Below are positions 50,242 through 63,312 of a stretch of 64,000 bases of DNA, piece after piece. The notes below the pieces were generated by a model that did no database searches, had not been told where the DNA came from, and saw only the letters and a list, made by a program, of their open reading frames with translations. The position numbers were made by a program, and so were the translations under genes. How positions within the stretch are numbered: the stretch's first letter is position 1; every line of letters begins with the position of its first letter. Source of the DNA: Nemertoderma westbladi (taxonomy: Eukaryota > Animalia > Xenacoelomorpha); assembly GCA_032718475.1 (NCBI GenBank), contig JAUCBJ010006002.1:49-64048 (forward strand). Direction: 5' to 3'.

Positions 50242-53200
50242 TTGAAATACAGAATGAAAATAAGGTTAATGGAGAACTTTATGAATTCCGTCACAAATAT
50301 CTTGAAACAATCATCTGAAAAACACGTGAGGATAATGAAATTTAATCGCAAAACAAGGAATATCCGTATTCGGAATTCCAAACTATCCGAGCTATCAAAA
50401 ACGACCAAAAAACTATATCATTTATGGCATCGAGTCAACAAAATTGGAGCAGAAGTTGAATCAGAAAAATTGCGCACTGCACTCCGAGAAACCAAGAAGG
50501 CAACAAGGCGCCTTCGTAACTGGTTGAACAGCACTAAATGAAATGGAACAATTATGAGGCATTCCAATGTCCGACTTGCAAATCCAAAAAGGTTTTGGGA
50601 ATTTTTCTCGACGAAAAATAAAGCCCCTCCAAGCAATTCAAATAATGTCAAGAATGTGCTACGGGATCATTTCAAAAATAAATTTGGCAGGCCTAATTCT
50701 TTAGCCACAGGTAAGTCACCTGACTGTCAGGGTCTATCAGTGGAACATCTAATCAATGCAGACCCCCCCCCCCCCCCCCCCCCCCCCGCTAAAATCTACA
50801 AATTTTTACGAAAACGTCAGATTATTTGTTTGTACGTAGGTATCACTAGTCTGGATCCGACCGAAAAAAAAATTTTCGAAAAAATGTAATAGGGTGGTTA
50901 TATTGCAGCACCAAAATTACAAGTAGTGCACAATTTTCACAAAAATTTGAAAGTTACATTTTTCGGCTAATTGTTTTTCAATGCAGGTTTTCTGGGGCGC
51001 AAAATAAATTGGAAAATATTTTAAAATGATATGATTACTATAAATGACTGCCCTCTCTGCGTAGGAAAAAAATGAAAAAAACAAGTAACCAGCACTTTTC
51101 AGTTAGAACACAAAATTTTTATTCACTTATACGATGCTATAAATTTACATTTTCAGGTTTTCTATGGCGCTGATTCTAATGGAATACATTTCTAATATGC
51201 CAGATCATTGATACTTGTATTTTTCGGCGTAATTTAGTAAATTTTGGTGCTAGCACCAAATTTCGTACCCATCACCAAAAAGAGCAAGTTTGCGATGTCC
51301 AGTACTGTTTTTATTGATTCCATCGGATTCAGGACCCTCACAAACCCGTATAACGCAAGAAACAAGGTGACACAATCAATTGATATATTTGATGGTTTTC
51401 AAAATTTGGTGCTAGCACCACATTTTGCACCCACTTTCGAAAAATACAAGTTTGAGATGTCTAGTTCGATAATTATATATTCCATTGAATTCAGAACAGC
51501 CATAAACCTCTAAAACGCAAGAAATAAATTGTCACAAGCAATTTTATCTATTGAATGAATTTTCAAAATTTCGTGCTAGCACCAAAATTTGCACACAGCA
51601 CCGAAAAATACAAGTTTGATACGCTTGGTGCAACTCGTATATATTCCATCGAAACCAGAACCCCAAAAAACCCCAATTGCGTAAAAAATATGTTTCAAAC
51701 AATCAATTTACAAAATTGACATATTTCAAAATTTGGTGCTGGCACCAAAATTTGGCACCCGCCGAAAAAAACAAGTTTGAAATTTCTAAATCAATTTATA
51801 TGAATTCCATTCAATTGCTAACACCAAAAACCGGTGTAAATCAAAAATAGAAATGTTACAAATCATATTTAATGAAATGTAATTTTCAAAAAAAGTCACA
51901 AAAAAGTGCCAAAAGTAGGGTTAAAAAATAGTGCTATAACTCGAAAACTGCCCAATATTTTTGAAAACGGTTTGCACTACTAGGAAGACAATAGAATTTT
52001 AGGAAAAGTCAGAAAATTTCAGATTCCCAACTGCGTTTGTTTCAGAATTATAACAAAAAAACCACAGGGGGATCATATTGTCCCACCCCCCCCCCCCCCC
52101 CCCGGGTTTAATAGGGTTAATGTGGGTGGTTCCTACCGTCCGATTAGCTCGATCAGTGTTTTCGCGAAAATTTTCGAGTCACTTCTATTGAGGAACTACT
52201 TGGATTGCTTAGTTTTAGATAATAGTGACGCACAGGTGGCATACAAACAAAGTATCGGTGCCGACTTAGTGGTAGCAACAGTACTGGAATTAATCGAGTA
52301 TCAACGACAGCGTGGACAAAGAATGTTTATCTGTCAGATGGATATACAAGGTGCATTTGATAATATCGACCATTTAAAGCTATTTTATAAACTCTCTAAC
52401 CTAATGAACCCATATATATGCCGCTTGTTGATTGACTATTATTCTATCAGCAGGATCTTCCTTAGGTTTGGCAGCGAAATACATGTCAACGGGTTTTATA
52501 TCAAACGTCACAAACAAGGGTCACTGATTTCACCCCACCTCTTCAACTTCTACCTGACGGATATCTGCAAACGTCTGCAAGCAAAGGGACTTGGTTGCCA
52601 TAGCAACAACACCTGGATTGGTTGCATTATATATGCTGATGATATACTCTTATTATGTAACAATGCTGCTGAAGTTGAATTAATGGCGACTGAAATTAAC
52701 TCTGAATTACAGAAGCTGGGATTGCGAATAGAAATAGACAAATCAAAGTGGATGACTGCAGCTAGAGACGACAAAGAGACAACACCTTGCATTATTAATA
52801 TAAACGGAACATTAATTCCAGCCTCCCCAACAATCAAGTTTTTAGGATACAAGCTATATTCTAGAATTCATCGCATATATAATGACTGTTTAAAGTCGAT
52901 AGTAATACTATCCGAGTCATTCCATAGGGCTGGTTGGAATGCAAAACTGCTGAAAACAGACGACATTGCAACACTTTGGAAGTCTTATGCATTACCTGCA
53001 ATCCTCTATAACTTTGCATTCAACCTTGGAGCGTTCGTTAACAGAAAGTCAAAGGAATTTTATAAACGCCAAGTACCGGAAAACATTGCGCCGTTTACTA
53101 TTTCTCGGGAATTATGCCAGTAACTCTACCATTCTTTCCTTATTTGACACGAATGACTTAGATGTGGAAGCTTTCCGATCAGCAGCGCGTCTACTACTAA

Positions 53201-53800
53201 TTCGTGCTAATAAATGTCCTAATCAAACGATACAAAAAGCTCCCAAAAGCAATCAGCTGCTGAACAATGTAACCCGCAATTATAAGGGCTTAGGTTCTAC
53301 TTTTTGGAAATGTCTCAGAGAATTCCCGTGCCCCACTTTAAAATCCATGGTTTATTACGAATATTTGAAAAATAAAATTCTAGAAAGTATAACTAATGGA
53401 CCAACCAGCATCGACAAATGATATGAAAAAAAAGGATTTTATTAAAGCCACATTCGAACTGTCAGGATTATCATTTGGTCAGAAACACGAGAAGATCTTG
53501 GAATATTTTGGAATCGATTCAAGTGACGGAACGTATGCAAAGGGTTAAGCGCGGATATCTAACCTCAATTGGTTTGAACCTATTTTTGGTTTTTATTACC
53601 TAACTATAATTTAAGCAAAGATGAACTTTTATTAGCGCGCCGGCCGATTTGTATTCGTTATTTTAAACTTTTAAAGCTAATTTCCTATGTTCACTGACAC
53701 ATTATCTTATATCAACTTGATTGATTAAATATATTGAAATTGAATTGAAATTGTAATATATGTACAATCATTTCGTAATGTTAAAATTTTGGAATAAAAC
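50242..53800 (+). mobile_element. Non-LTR retrotransposon ORF2 (Proto2-like), split by a piggyBac-type element
   Basis: NPKRFWEFF upstream of the insertion; 52122-53123 encodes SYRPIS, QVAYKQ, DIQGAFD, QGSLISPHLFN, YADD, IKFLG; AT-rich 3' UTR with AATAAA. Confidence 0.85.
50761..52116 (-). mobile_element. piggyBac-type non-autonomous element missing one terminus
   Basis: Reverse complement of the 58510 family; intact end with TTAA at 52117-52120; the other end starts at GACCCC and lacks the terminal ~55 bp. Confidence 0.85.
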
Positions 53801-54179
53801 AACATACATATACTTGTTGCAATGTACTTTACAGTGTTCTGATCCTCGTGGCTTTATTTTCACTCACTCACTACGTTCATTCTTGTAACAAAGCAATCGG
53901 ATCATCACACTGCAAAGTGTTACTTTGATTCTTTAAGTATGTATGTGCCCCTGTCACTGTTGCTATCATTGTATACAAAGGGTAAAGCTGACCGTACAGT
54001 GACGTGAAAAAATTATTGTGGTATAAGGTTATATTTCGGCCACAGGCTTTTATTCAAACCCAAACTGCCTGACTACAGATAGATAGGTCTAAATACAGAA
54101 GTGCAGAATAGGAAAAATATAAAATAATTATAAAGTTATAGAGTTCAAATTTGGCGCCAAATATAATATATAATTTTAC

Positions 54180-54560
54180 CACGCTTTATCATAGGGTTGA
54201 GGATACTGTATGTTTATGGTGGGGCGTAGTAGCCGTATATATGTTTTTTCCTTGAATTTCCGATCTGCCCAATCCTTCCCTCGGCCAGAATACTGGCTCG
54301 AAAAGGATGGGGGTGGTTGGTGTTCTGTGGGTATTTGTCTCTGTAATGGGCAGGGAGGGGGTTTACATTGGTGTTGTTGGTATCGGTTTGGGAGGTGCAG
54401 GTAAGTTGGATTTGTGTGGTGTGGGGGAGGAGGGTGGGGACTGATAGGTGGGGGTTTCCGGGTTTGATTTTTCGGATCGCATTCGAGTGCTGAGAGATTC
54501 GTCCCCTGGCTGGGCCGCAGGTTTCTCCTACGTAGTCATCAGTACACAAGTTGGGTGGTG
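54180..54560 (-). mobile_element. Penelope-like GIY-YIG endonuclease fragment
   Basis: CTDDYVGETCGPARGRISQHSNAIR matches the YxGET...R..(E/Q)H motif. Confidence 0.65.
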
Positions 54561-55949
54561 TTCTTTATCATGAAATTATTGATCCCATTATTACATGTAT
54601 ATTTTTGAAAAGTTCCTAATGTTCACAGCCCGTTAAGGTTCAAATTATTACTCAGAATTCACTATAGTAGTTATTTCACATTGGGAATGAAAAGTGGATT
54701 TAATTAAATTTCAGAATTTTCTAATATTGAAATAATTAAATATACTACTCCCTCATAATATCATGTAATATGTACTGCCTAAACAGTCGTAGTCCATAAA
54801 GGATTGCTATAGAGCATGACAAGGTCTCTCATTACAGAATTTTCTGCCAAACGCCAATGCCGCTAGAATACCGAAGTCGTCAAAATGATACAACCCAAGA
54901 AGTAATGTTATTTATATCAATATACTGATGGTCGATCATTCCACTCATAGGTCAGACTCCCCAAAACTTACATGAAAGAGTCAAACTAATTTTTAAGTAA
55001 AAAATTACATGTTTTTATCAAACCTCCTACTGTGTTTGTCTGAAAATCATCATGAATAAACGACTCATTGAATGTGAGCGTATTCAATTCCGCCACACCA
55101 ACCCCCATAAAGTGGGAAAGAGCGCCTTAAGCAATATTGGGAACACGAGGTTGATTGCCAATCAACCTCGTGTCACCCCAATGAGATGGGGACGGGAAAC
55201 CCCAGAGGACATACGCACAATGGGGGTCAGAGGTTATACCTCCAGGGGAGAGAGAATAACAGTAGCGGGGGAGAAACACTCCTAGAGAGAGGGGAGGGCG
55301 AGAAGTGAGCTATTAGCCAATGGGGGGAAGGCATCGACCGAGTAATATGGCCAACCCGTGCAATATATATTACCAGTTGTGTCATTTGCTCACTTTAGTT
55401 ATCTCAGTGCAGTCAGGGCAGAGCGGTGACTTTGTTACCGTCATCGCCGTCACCTATATTACCGGTCATTTCAGTATTTACTCATGTTATCTCATATCTG
55501 TATGCTATCACATATTTATCTATATTATCAAGAACGTCGGAACAACAAACGAACTTATTACCTTTTCCATCAAACGGTGCGACCTTTGACGCGTAAGCAA
55601 ACAACCGGATAAATCGGGGTCGACCGATCCCATCACATTGAAAATCAGTCAAACTAAAAAATATGGCGAACATTCCAAACTACTCTGACAACTAATGTAA
55701 AACTACGCACAAACAATCCAAAGTGGTTCCTGTACACTGGCCATACAGCGTGGTATGACATATAGAGTTGCTGGCAATTTTTTAGGCTGTCTAAAAGTTA
55801 TTTCCTTCTTGAATAATTATCACTCTTCTTCATAATCACGATATCATATCCACTCCACAATCCTTGTATCCCAATATTAAACACCCATCGATTGTAGCCC
55901 ATACGGCTAGGTGTGGCACCATTTGTACTATATTATAACATGTGTTTAT

Positions 55950-57610
55950 AAAGGTCATGTAAAGAATCACAATGTGTGGAAATCTTATCGTCCTATTTCT
56001 ACCATTAGTCTGCTCGCGAAAGTTCTTGAGGTATTATGTCTGGCCAACTACTTTGACAAAGTTTTGTCACCTCATCCTTTTTTAATTGCATATCAAAAAC
56101 GTGTTGGATGTGATGTCATCACTATAAGTATTGCTTATCAAATCATTCACTACTACAACTCTTGGGCTTCATGAGATTATGTCTGTCAAACAGACATAGA
56201 ATCTGCCTTCGACAGTTGATTTTGCAATATTGTTCGCAAAGTTGAGTTGCGTTCAGTTCTTAATCCACTCATCTGCCGCCTTCAGCTCAAATATTATTGC
56301 TGTGGAAAAATTTATTTCAAATTCGTTACAGAACTGGATGCTATGCATTTTAGACTTCATAACTCTGTCAAGCGGATCACTTTTATCGCTAACTCTGTTC
56401 AACTTCTACTGTGGAAATGACTTGTGGGGCGAGACACGTAGTCGGCGAGCCTTGGCATGCGGTTCATATAGGGCAAATGGGGCATGTCCGTCTGTCTGTC
56501 TGTCCGTCTGTCTGTCTGTCTGGTAAATGTTTGAACGCGAATTTCTCTGCATCGCTGGTTCGGAATTGAACCAAACTTAGTAGGTAAGTAGTAGAGAGAA
56601 AGTTTAGAAAGTTTGTAAAGTTTGGTGAAAAATCATGCAGTCTGACGTCAGCTACGACAGATTATGTAGTTTTTAGAAAATGTTAAATTTCTCGGGAAGG
56701 CCTCATTTTCCTGAGCTGAAATTTTGGTGGCCTGTATAGAATCATGAAGTCTATCTTTTACGAAATTGAAAAGTTAAGACATTTAATTGGGGATCCGCTA
56801 GAGACTCAGAAGTAATGACATAGGCCTACCGGTACGGTACTGCTGTACAGTGCTGCACTGGTAAGTACGAAATTGCAGAATAACAATTTGACACCACCTA
56901 GCGGATTAACATATGATTGTATATCGAATGAATACATTTATAGCATGGGATATTGGGTCCAAACTAGACATGCCCCATTTGCTCTATATGAACAGTATGC
57001 CAAGGCTTGCCGACTACGTGCTGCGCGAAGTCCCCACGAACGTGTATAAATATGCTTGAGGAATTGGGCTTTGGCTGCTACATTCGCAATACATTGTCAG
57101 GTTTACTTAATTATGCCAATGACATTTTGCTGTTTAGCTGCTCTGGCACAGAAATTGAGAAGATGATGGATGTGTTACTAGATGTTAATATGAAAAGATT
57201 AAAATAGGACATGGGGTCTTATGTCCTATTTTATTGATTTCCTATTAATATCACAATCCCTTTAATGTCGTGGTTGTCTAAAATCATGTGTTACAAGATG
57301 AGCTTACACAAAGATCGGGCTTTCAGTAAGCAGCAGCAAGACCAAGTTGATTTATGCATCAATGACCAAGTACCACCAATTCTCTTACACAATTACACTG
57401 AGAATCGCTCTACCGACATGGCATTTCTTGGATATAAGATATATGACAATTTACGTTCGATGCTTCATGATTGTTTGCAGCGAATTTCATGTGCTGCAGC
57501 TATTTTTCACCAAAGAAAAAAGCTGAACTGTGTGCCAACACTCCCTCTCAAAAGTATCGATACTATGAAATGCCATTGCAATTCCATGGCTAAAATATGG
57601 TATTGAATTT
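55950..57610 (+). mobile_element. Degraded Proto2-like LINE RT, interrupted by a HINE-like element
   Basis: SYRPISTISLLAKVLE, AYQK, GSLLSLTLFNFY | GFGCYI..YANDILL. Confidence 0.75.
56422..57045 (+). mobile_element. Helentron-associated-like non-autonomous element, copy 2
   Basis: ~55-bp subterminal inverted repeat; (GTCT)n tract; same termini as 10487-11651; inserted at a TT in the LINE frame with no TSD. Confidence 0.6.
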
Positions 57611-58509
57611 TATTTTGACGCCCCCCACGTTATCTGAGAAAAGATGAACGGATGCCACGGATGCAATACCACTTACGCTATCTCCTGTTAACCTGTTGTG
57701 GGGGTCGCTTCACTGGCATCAGCAGCTGCTATGAAGCAGTTGCGAGGCTGCTTTTGTGAGACTGCACAAAAAAAAGTCATGCTGCCTGCCATATGTTCAA
57801 TCAACTCAACTTCAATTACTCAAAACGAGAGAGGGGGACGCGGCTGAACCAGGGTAGTCCATCTTTGAAAGATACTGAAGACTATATCTTCCTTGCAAGG
57901 TGCTACTCCATGATCTTTCAATCTTTCAATAACACATTCATTGGAAAATGTTAGCTAAGTGTTATTCCTCATCATCATAATTTATCCGGTTGGTTGTTTT
58001 CGGTAAAAACCAAAATATCCTTAAAACAGCTTCCTAATTTGCGGAAAACTGTCACACACCCAAAACTAACAATTTAAACCCGCCTGAAGCGCCAATATGA
58101 TAATCTAATCTGTGAATGATGGGGTGTCACTAATTAATTAGCTACACATTTTCTGTGTAAACAGGCGGAAACCTGGGAGTTGTTCCTGCATATATGCGTC
58201 TGTTGACAAACGTCTGATCTGATTCCGGAGATAAGTTGTCAGCATCCTGACAAGTTTATGTAGGAAGCGGAGGTTTTCCATTTATATTACATCAAACAAA
58301 TATTTACTACACAAATTAACTGGCCTGGTGTTCGTCCTGAGATCAGCTACGTCGGATAATCACACTGCCCTCCTAAGGCTAAACCATGTAACTCAAAAAA
58401 ATGGGTTTCAGAAAAATCAACCTATAAAGTAAACGAATCTACTCGAAAACATGTGAATGTCTGTGTGAACATTTTCAACAATAAAACTTTAGTCAAATAG
58501 TATATTTAA

Positions 58510-60054
58510 CCCTATTAAACCCGGGGGTGTTCAATATGACCCTTCCCGTGGTTTTTTTATTATAATTCTGAAACAAACGCAGATGGGAATCTGAAATTTT
58601 ATGACTTTTCCTAAAATTCTATTGTCTTCCTAGTAGTGAAAACCGTTGTAAAAATATTGGGTAGTTTTCGAGTTATAGCACCATTTTTAACCCTACTTTT
58701 GGCACTTTTTTGAGACGTTTTTTGAAAATTACATTTCATTAAATATTAATTGTAACATATCTATTTTTGATTTACACCGGTTTTTTGGTGTTAGCAATTG
58801 GATGGAATTCATATAAATTGATTTAGAAATTTCCAACTTGTTTTTTTCGGCGGGTGCCAAATTTTGGTGCCAGCGCCAAATTTTGAAATATGTCAATTTT
58901 GTAAATTGATTGTTTGAAACTTTTTTTTTATGCAATTGGGGTTTTTTGGGGTTCTGGTTTCGAAAAAATATATACGAGTTGCACCAAGCGTATCAAACTT
59001 GTATTTTTCGGTGCTGTGTGCAAATTTTGGTGCGAGCACGAAATTTTGAAAATCCATTCAATAGATAAAATTGCTTGTGTCAATTGATTTCCTGGATTTT
59101 AGAGGTTTATGGCTGTTCTAAATTCAATGGAATATATAATTATCGAACTAGACATCTCAAACTTGTATTTTTCGGAAGTGGGTGCAAAATGTTGTGCTAG
59201 CACCAAATTTTGAAAACCATCAAATATATCAATTGATTGTGTCATCTTGTTTCTTGCGTTATACGGGTTTGTTAGGGTTCTGAATTCAATGGAATCAGTA
59301 AAAATTTCATAAGAGTTTTCAAACTTGTATTTTTCGCCGGTGGGTGAAAATTGTTGTGCCAGCACCAAATTTTGGAAAATGAGTAAATTGATCAGTAGAT
59401 AGTATCATCTTGTTTCTTGCATTATACGGGTTTATGAGGGTCCTGAATCCGATGGAATCAATAAAAACAGCACTGGACATCGCAAACTTGTACTTTTTGG
59501 TGATGGTTACGAAATTTGGTGCTAGCACCAAAATTTGCCAGATAACGCCGAAAAATACAAGTAGCAATGATCTGGCATATTTGAAATGTATTCCATTAGA
59601 ATCAGCGCCCTAGAAAACCTGAAAATGTGAATATATAGCATCGTATAAGTGAATTAAAAAATTTGTGTTCTAACTGAAAAGTGCTGGTTACTTGTTTTTT
59701 TCATTTTTTTCCTACGCATAGAGGACTAAACAGCCATTTATGGTAATCATATCATTTTTAAATATTTTTCAATGTATTTTGCGCCCCAGAAAACCTGTAT
59801 TGAAAAAAGAAGCCGAAAAATGTAACTTTCAAATTTTGTGAAAATTGTGCACTACTTGTAATTTTGGTGCTGTAATATTACCACCCCAGTACATTTTTTC
59901 GAAAATCTTTTTTTCGGTCGGATCCAGATTAGTGATACCTACGTACAAACAAAAAATCGGACGTTTTCGTTAATATTTGTAGATTTTAGAGGGAAGGGTC
60001 AATATGACCCCCCACGGTATTTGTACAGCATTTTATAGCCCGGTACTAATAGGG
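58510..60054 (+). mobile_element. piggyBac-type non-autonomous element, full-length copy (1545 bp)
   Basis: TTAA at 58506-58509 and 60055-60058; asymmetric ends CCCTATTAAACCCGGG / CCCGGTACTAATAGGG; ~120-bp internal subrepeats. Confidence 0.88.
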
Positions 60055-60221
60055 TTAAATACCTAGAAAGACTTAAGCTAGCTATTTAAAAAATCTCAGA
60101 TCCACAATAGGGAGGGACGCGGGGCGCCGCGTACCATATAGTTTGTGAGAAAGAAAGAAAAGAGAAAGAGTCACCCTTACATTTTCAACAATAAAACTTT
60201 AGTCAACTGTAGTATATTTAA

Positions 60222-61751
60222 CCCTATTAAACCCGGGGGGGGGTTCAATATGACCACTCCCGTGGTTTTTTTATTATAATTCTGAAACAAACGCAGTTGG
60301 GCATCTGAAATTTTATGACTTTTCCTAAAATTCTATTGTCTTCCTAGTAGTGAAAACCGTTTTAAAAATATTTGGTAGTTTTCGAGTTATAGCACCATTT
60401 TTAACCCAACTTTTGGCACTTTTTTGAAACGTTTTTTGAAAATTACATTTCATTAAATATTAATTGTAACATATCTATTTTTGATTTACACCGGTTTTTT
60501 GGTGTTAGCAATTGGATGGAATTCATATAAATTGATTTAGAAATTTCCAACTTGTTTTTTTCGGCGGGTGCCAAATTTTGGTGCCAGCGCCAAATTTTGA
60601 AATATGTCAATTTTGTAAATTAATTGTTTAAAACTTGTTTTTTATGCAATTGGGGTTTTTTGGGGTTCTGGTTTCGAAAAAATATATACGAGTTGCACCA
60701 AGCGTATCAAACTTGTATTTTTCGGTGCTGTGTGCAAATTTTGGTGCGAGCACGAAATTTTGAAAATCCATTCAATAGATAAAATTGCTTGTGACAATTT
60801 ATTTCCTGCATTTTAGAGGTTTATGGCTGTTCTGAATTCAATGGAATATATAATTATCGAACTAGACATCTCAAACTTGTATTTTTCGGAAGTGGGTGCA
60901 AAATGTGGTGCTAGCACCAAAATTTGAAAACCATCAAATATATCAATTGATTGTGTCATCTTGTTTCTTGCGTTCTACGGGTTTGTTAGGGTTCTGAATT
61001 CAATGGAATCAGTAAAAATTTCATAAGAGTTTTCAAACTTGTATTTTTCGCCGGTGGGTGAAAATTGTTGTGCCAGCACCAAATTTTGGAAAATGAGTAA
61101 ATTGATCAGTAGATAGTATCATCTTGTTTCTTGCATTATACGGGTTTATGAGGGTCCTGAATCCGATGGAATCAATAAAAACAGCACTGGACATCGCAAA
61201 CTTGTACTTTTTGGTGATGGTTACGAAATTTGGTGCTAGCGCTAAAATTTGCCAGATTACGCCGAAAAATACAAGTAGCAATGATCTGGCATATTTGAAA
61301 TGTATTCCATTAGAATCAGCGCCCTAGAAAACCTGAAAATGTGAATATATAGCATGGTATAAGTGAATTAAAAATGTTGTGTTCTAACTGAAAAGTGCTG
61401 GTTACTTGTTTTTTTCATTTTTTTCTACGCAGAGAGGACTAAACAGCCATTTATGGTAATCATATCATTTTTAAATATTTTCCAATGTATGTATTGAAAA
61501 AAAAAGCCGAAAAATGTAACTTTCAAATTTTGTGAAAATTGTGCACTACTTGTAATTTTGGTGCTGTAATATTACCACCCCAGTACATTTTTTCGAAAAT
61601 TTTTTTTTCGGTCGGATCCAGATTAGTGATACCTACGTACAAACAAAAAATCAGACGTTTTCGTTAATATTTGTAGATTTTAGAGGGAAGGGTCAATATG
61701 ACCCCCCCCCACGGTATTTGTACAGCATTTTATAGCCCGGTACTAATAAGG
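60222..61751 (+). mobile_element. piggyBac-type non-autonomous element, duplicated copy
   Basis: TTAA at 60218-60221 and 61752-61755; same flanks as the 58510 copy. Confidence 0.88.
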
Positions 61752-62067
61752 TTAAATACCTAGAAAGACTTAAGCTAGCTATTTAAAAAATCTCAGATCC
61801 ACAATAGGGAGGGACGCGGGGGGCGCCGCTTACCATATAGTTTGTGAGAAAGAAAGAAAAGAGAAAGAGTCACCCTTACATTTATGCCGTCCTGTCTGTC
61901 TATCTTCCATAATAAATTAAACATGGCGCGATTGTGCATCATCCGCCATATATTTTTGTTTGGTGTTCGGGATATATCTGGGTAGAAGATACGGCCACCG
62001 AATCACAGCGATGTGATAAAATTATAAGTGACGGATTGGCTTTTCAATCAATTTATGTCAATTTAAT

Positions 62068-63031
62068 GGCTAATTAGTGCCATATAGGTCGGCTAATTAG
62101 TGCCATATAGGTCCGCTAATTAGTGCCAATTAGGTCGGCTAGTTAGTGCCATAAATGTCGGTTAATTAGCCACTTAGGTCTGCTAATTACTTATTAGTGC
62201 CATATGGGTCGGCTAGTTAGTGCCGTACATGTCGGTTAATTAGTGCCGTCTAGGTCGGCTAATGAATGCCAAATAGGTCGGCTAATTACTGCCATATAGG
62301 TTCGCTAATTAGTGCCATATAGGTCGGCTAGTTGGTGCCCTACATTTCGGTTAATTAGTGCCATATAGGTCGGCTACTTGGTTAGTGTCATATACGTCGG
62401 CTAATTAGTGCTAAATAGTTCCGCTAATTAGTGCCATATATGTATGGTAAGTGGTCGGCTAATATAGGTATGCTAATTAGTGCCATATAGGTCGGCTAAT
62501 TAGTGCTATATAGGTTGGCTAATTAATGCAATATTGGTCGGGTAGTTAGTGCCATACATGTCGGTTAATTAGTGCCATATAGGTATGCTAATAAGTGCCA
62601 TATAGGTCGGCTAATTAGTGCCATTTAGGTCGGCCATTTAGTGCCATATAGGTCGGCTAATTAGTGCCAAATAGGTCGGCTAATTAATGCGAGATAGGTC
62701 GGCATATATGTCGGCTAATTAGTGCCATATAGGTTGGCTAATCAGTGCCATTTAGGTCGGCCATTTAGTGCCATATAGGTCGGCTAATTAGTGCCAAATA
62801 GGTCGGCTAATTAATGCCAAATAGATCGGCGAATTAGTCCCGCATAGGTCGGCTAATTAGTGCCATATAGGTCGGCTAATTAGTGCCATATAGGTCGGCT
62901 AATAAGTGCCATATAGGTCGGCTAATTAGTGCCATATATATCGTCTAATTAGTGCCTTATAGATCGGCTAATTAGTGCCAAATAGATCGGGCAATTAGTG
63001 CCGTATAGGTCGGCTAATTAGTGCCGTATAG
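62068..63031. repeat. 23-bp minisatellite GGCTAATTAGTGCCATATAGGTC, about 41 units
   Basis: Period of 23 with scattered substitutions and short indels. Confidence 0.95.
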
Positions 63032-63240
63032 ATGATTCCACGTAAAAGGGGTAGCAAAACTTTAATATAAGGCAGAGCGTTCGAAGGTTATTGTTGGTCA
63101 GTGTATAAACCAACTTCAAGTCACCGCTATCATTGGACTACGTAGCGTCGGGCTGAATTTCACAGAATAGAGTAATAGATATATCAGTGATCGTAAATTT
63201 TCACAGATCTCTGCAAACTTACAAATATGATTTACTTTAT

Positions 63241-63312
63241 GGGTGGGGGCTACCTGTACCCTCCGGGTGGGGGCTACCTGTACCCTCCGGGTGGGGGCTA
63301 CCTGTACCCTCT
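63241..63312. repeat. 24-bp tandem repeat x3
   Basis: GGGTGGGGGCTACCTGTACCCTCC. Confidence 0.9.

Larger units (their letters stand above)
58469..61883. repeat. 1710-bp tandem duplication (piggyBac-type element plus flanks)
   Basis: Unit 58469-60178 repeated at 60179-61883; ACATTT at 58469, 60179 and 61878. Confidence 0.92.

Noticed and set aside
54515-54545. Hammerhead-like CTGATGA-CTACGTAG-GAGAAAC on the minus strand
   Set aside because: It coincides with codons for DDYVGET of the GIY-YIG fragment, and the core spacing is wrong
59099-61327. Short ORFs in piggyBac-type elements as transposase remnants
   Set aside because: No DDD transposase motifs; the frames derive from internal ~120-bp repeats
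62068-63031. CRISPR-like regular repeat
   Set aside because: Contiguous tandem units with no unique spacers, no cas genes, and a eukaryotic context
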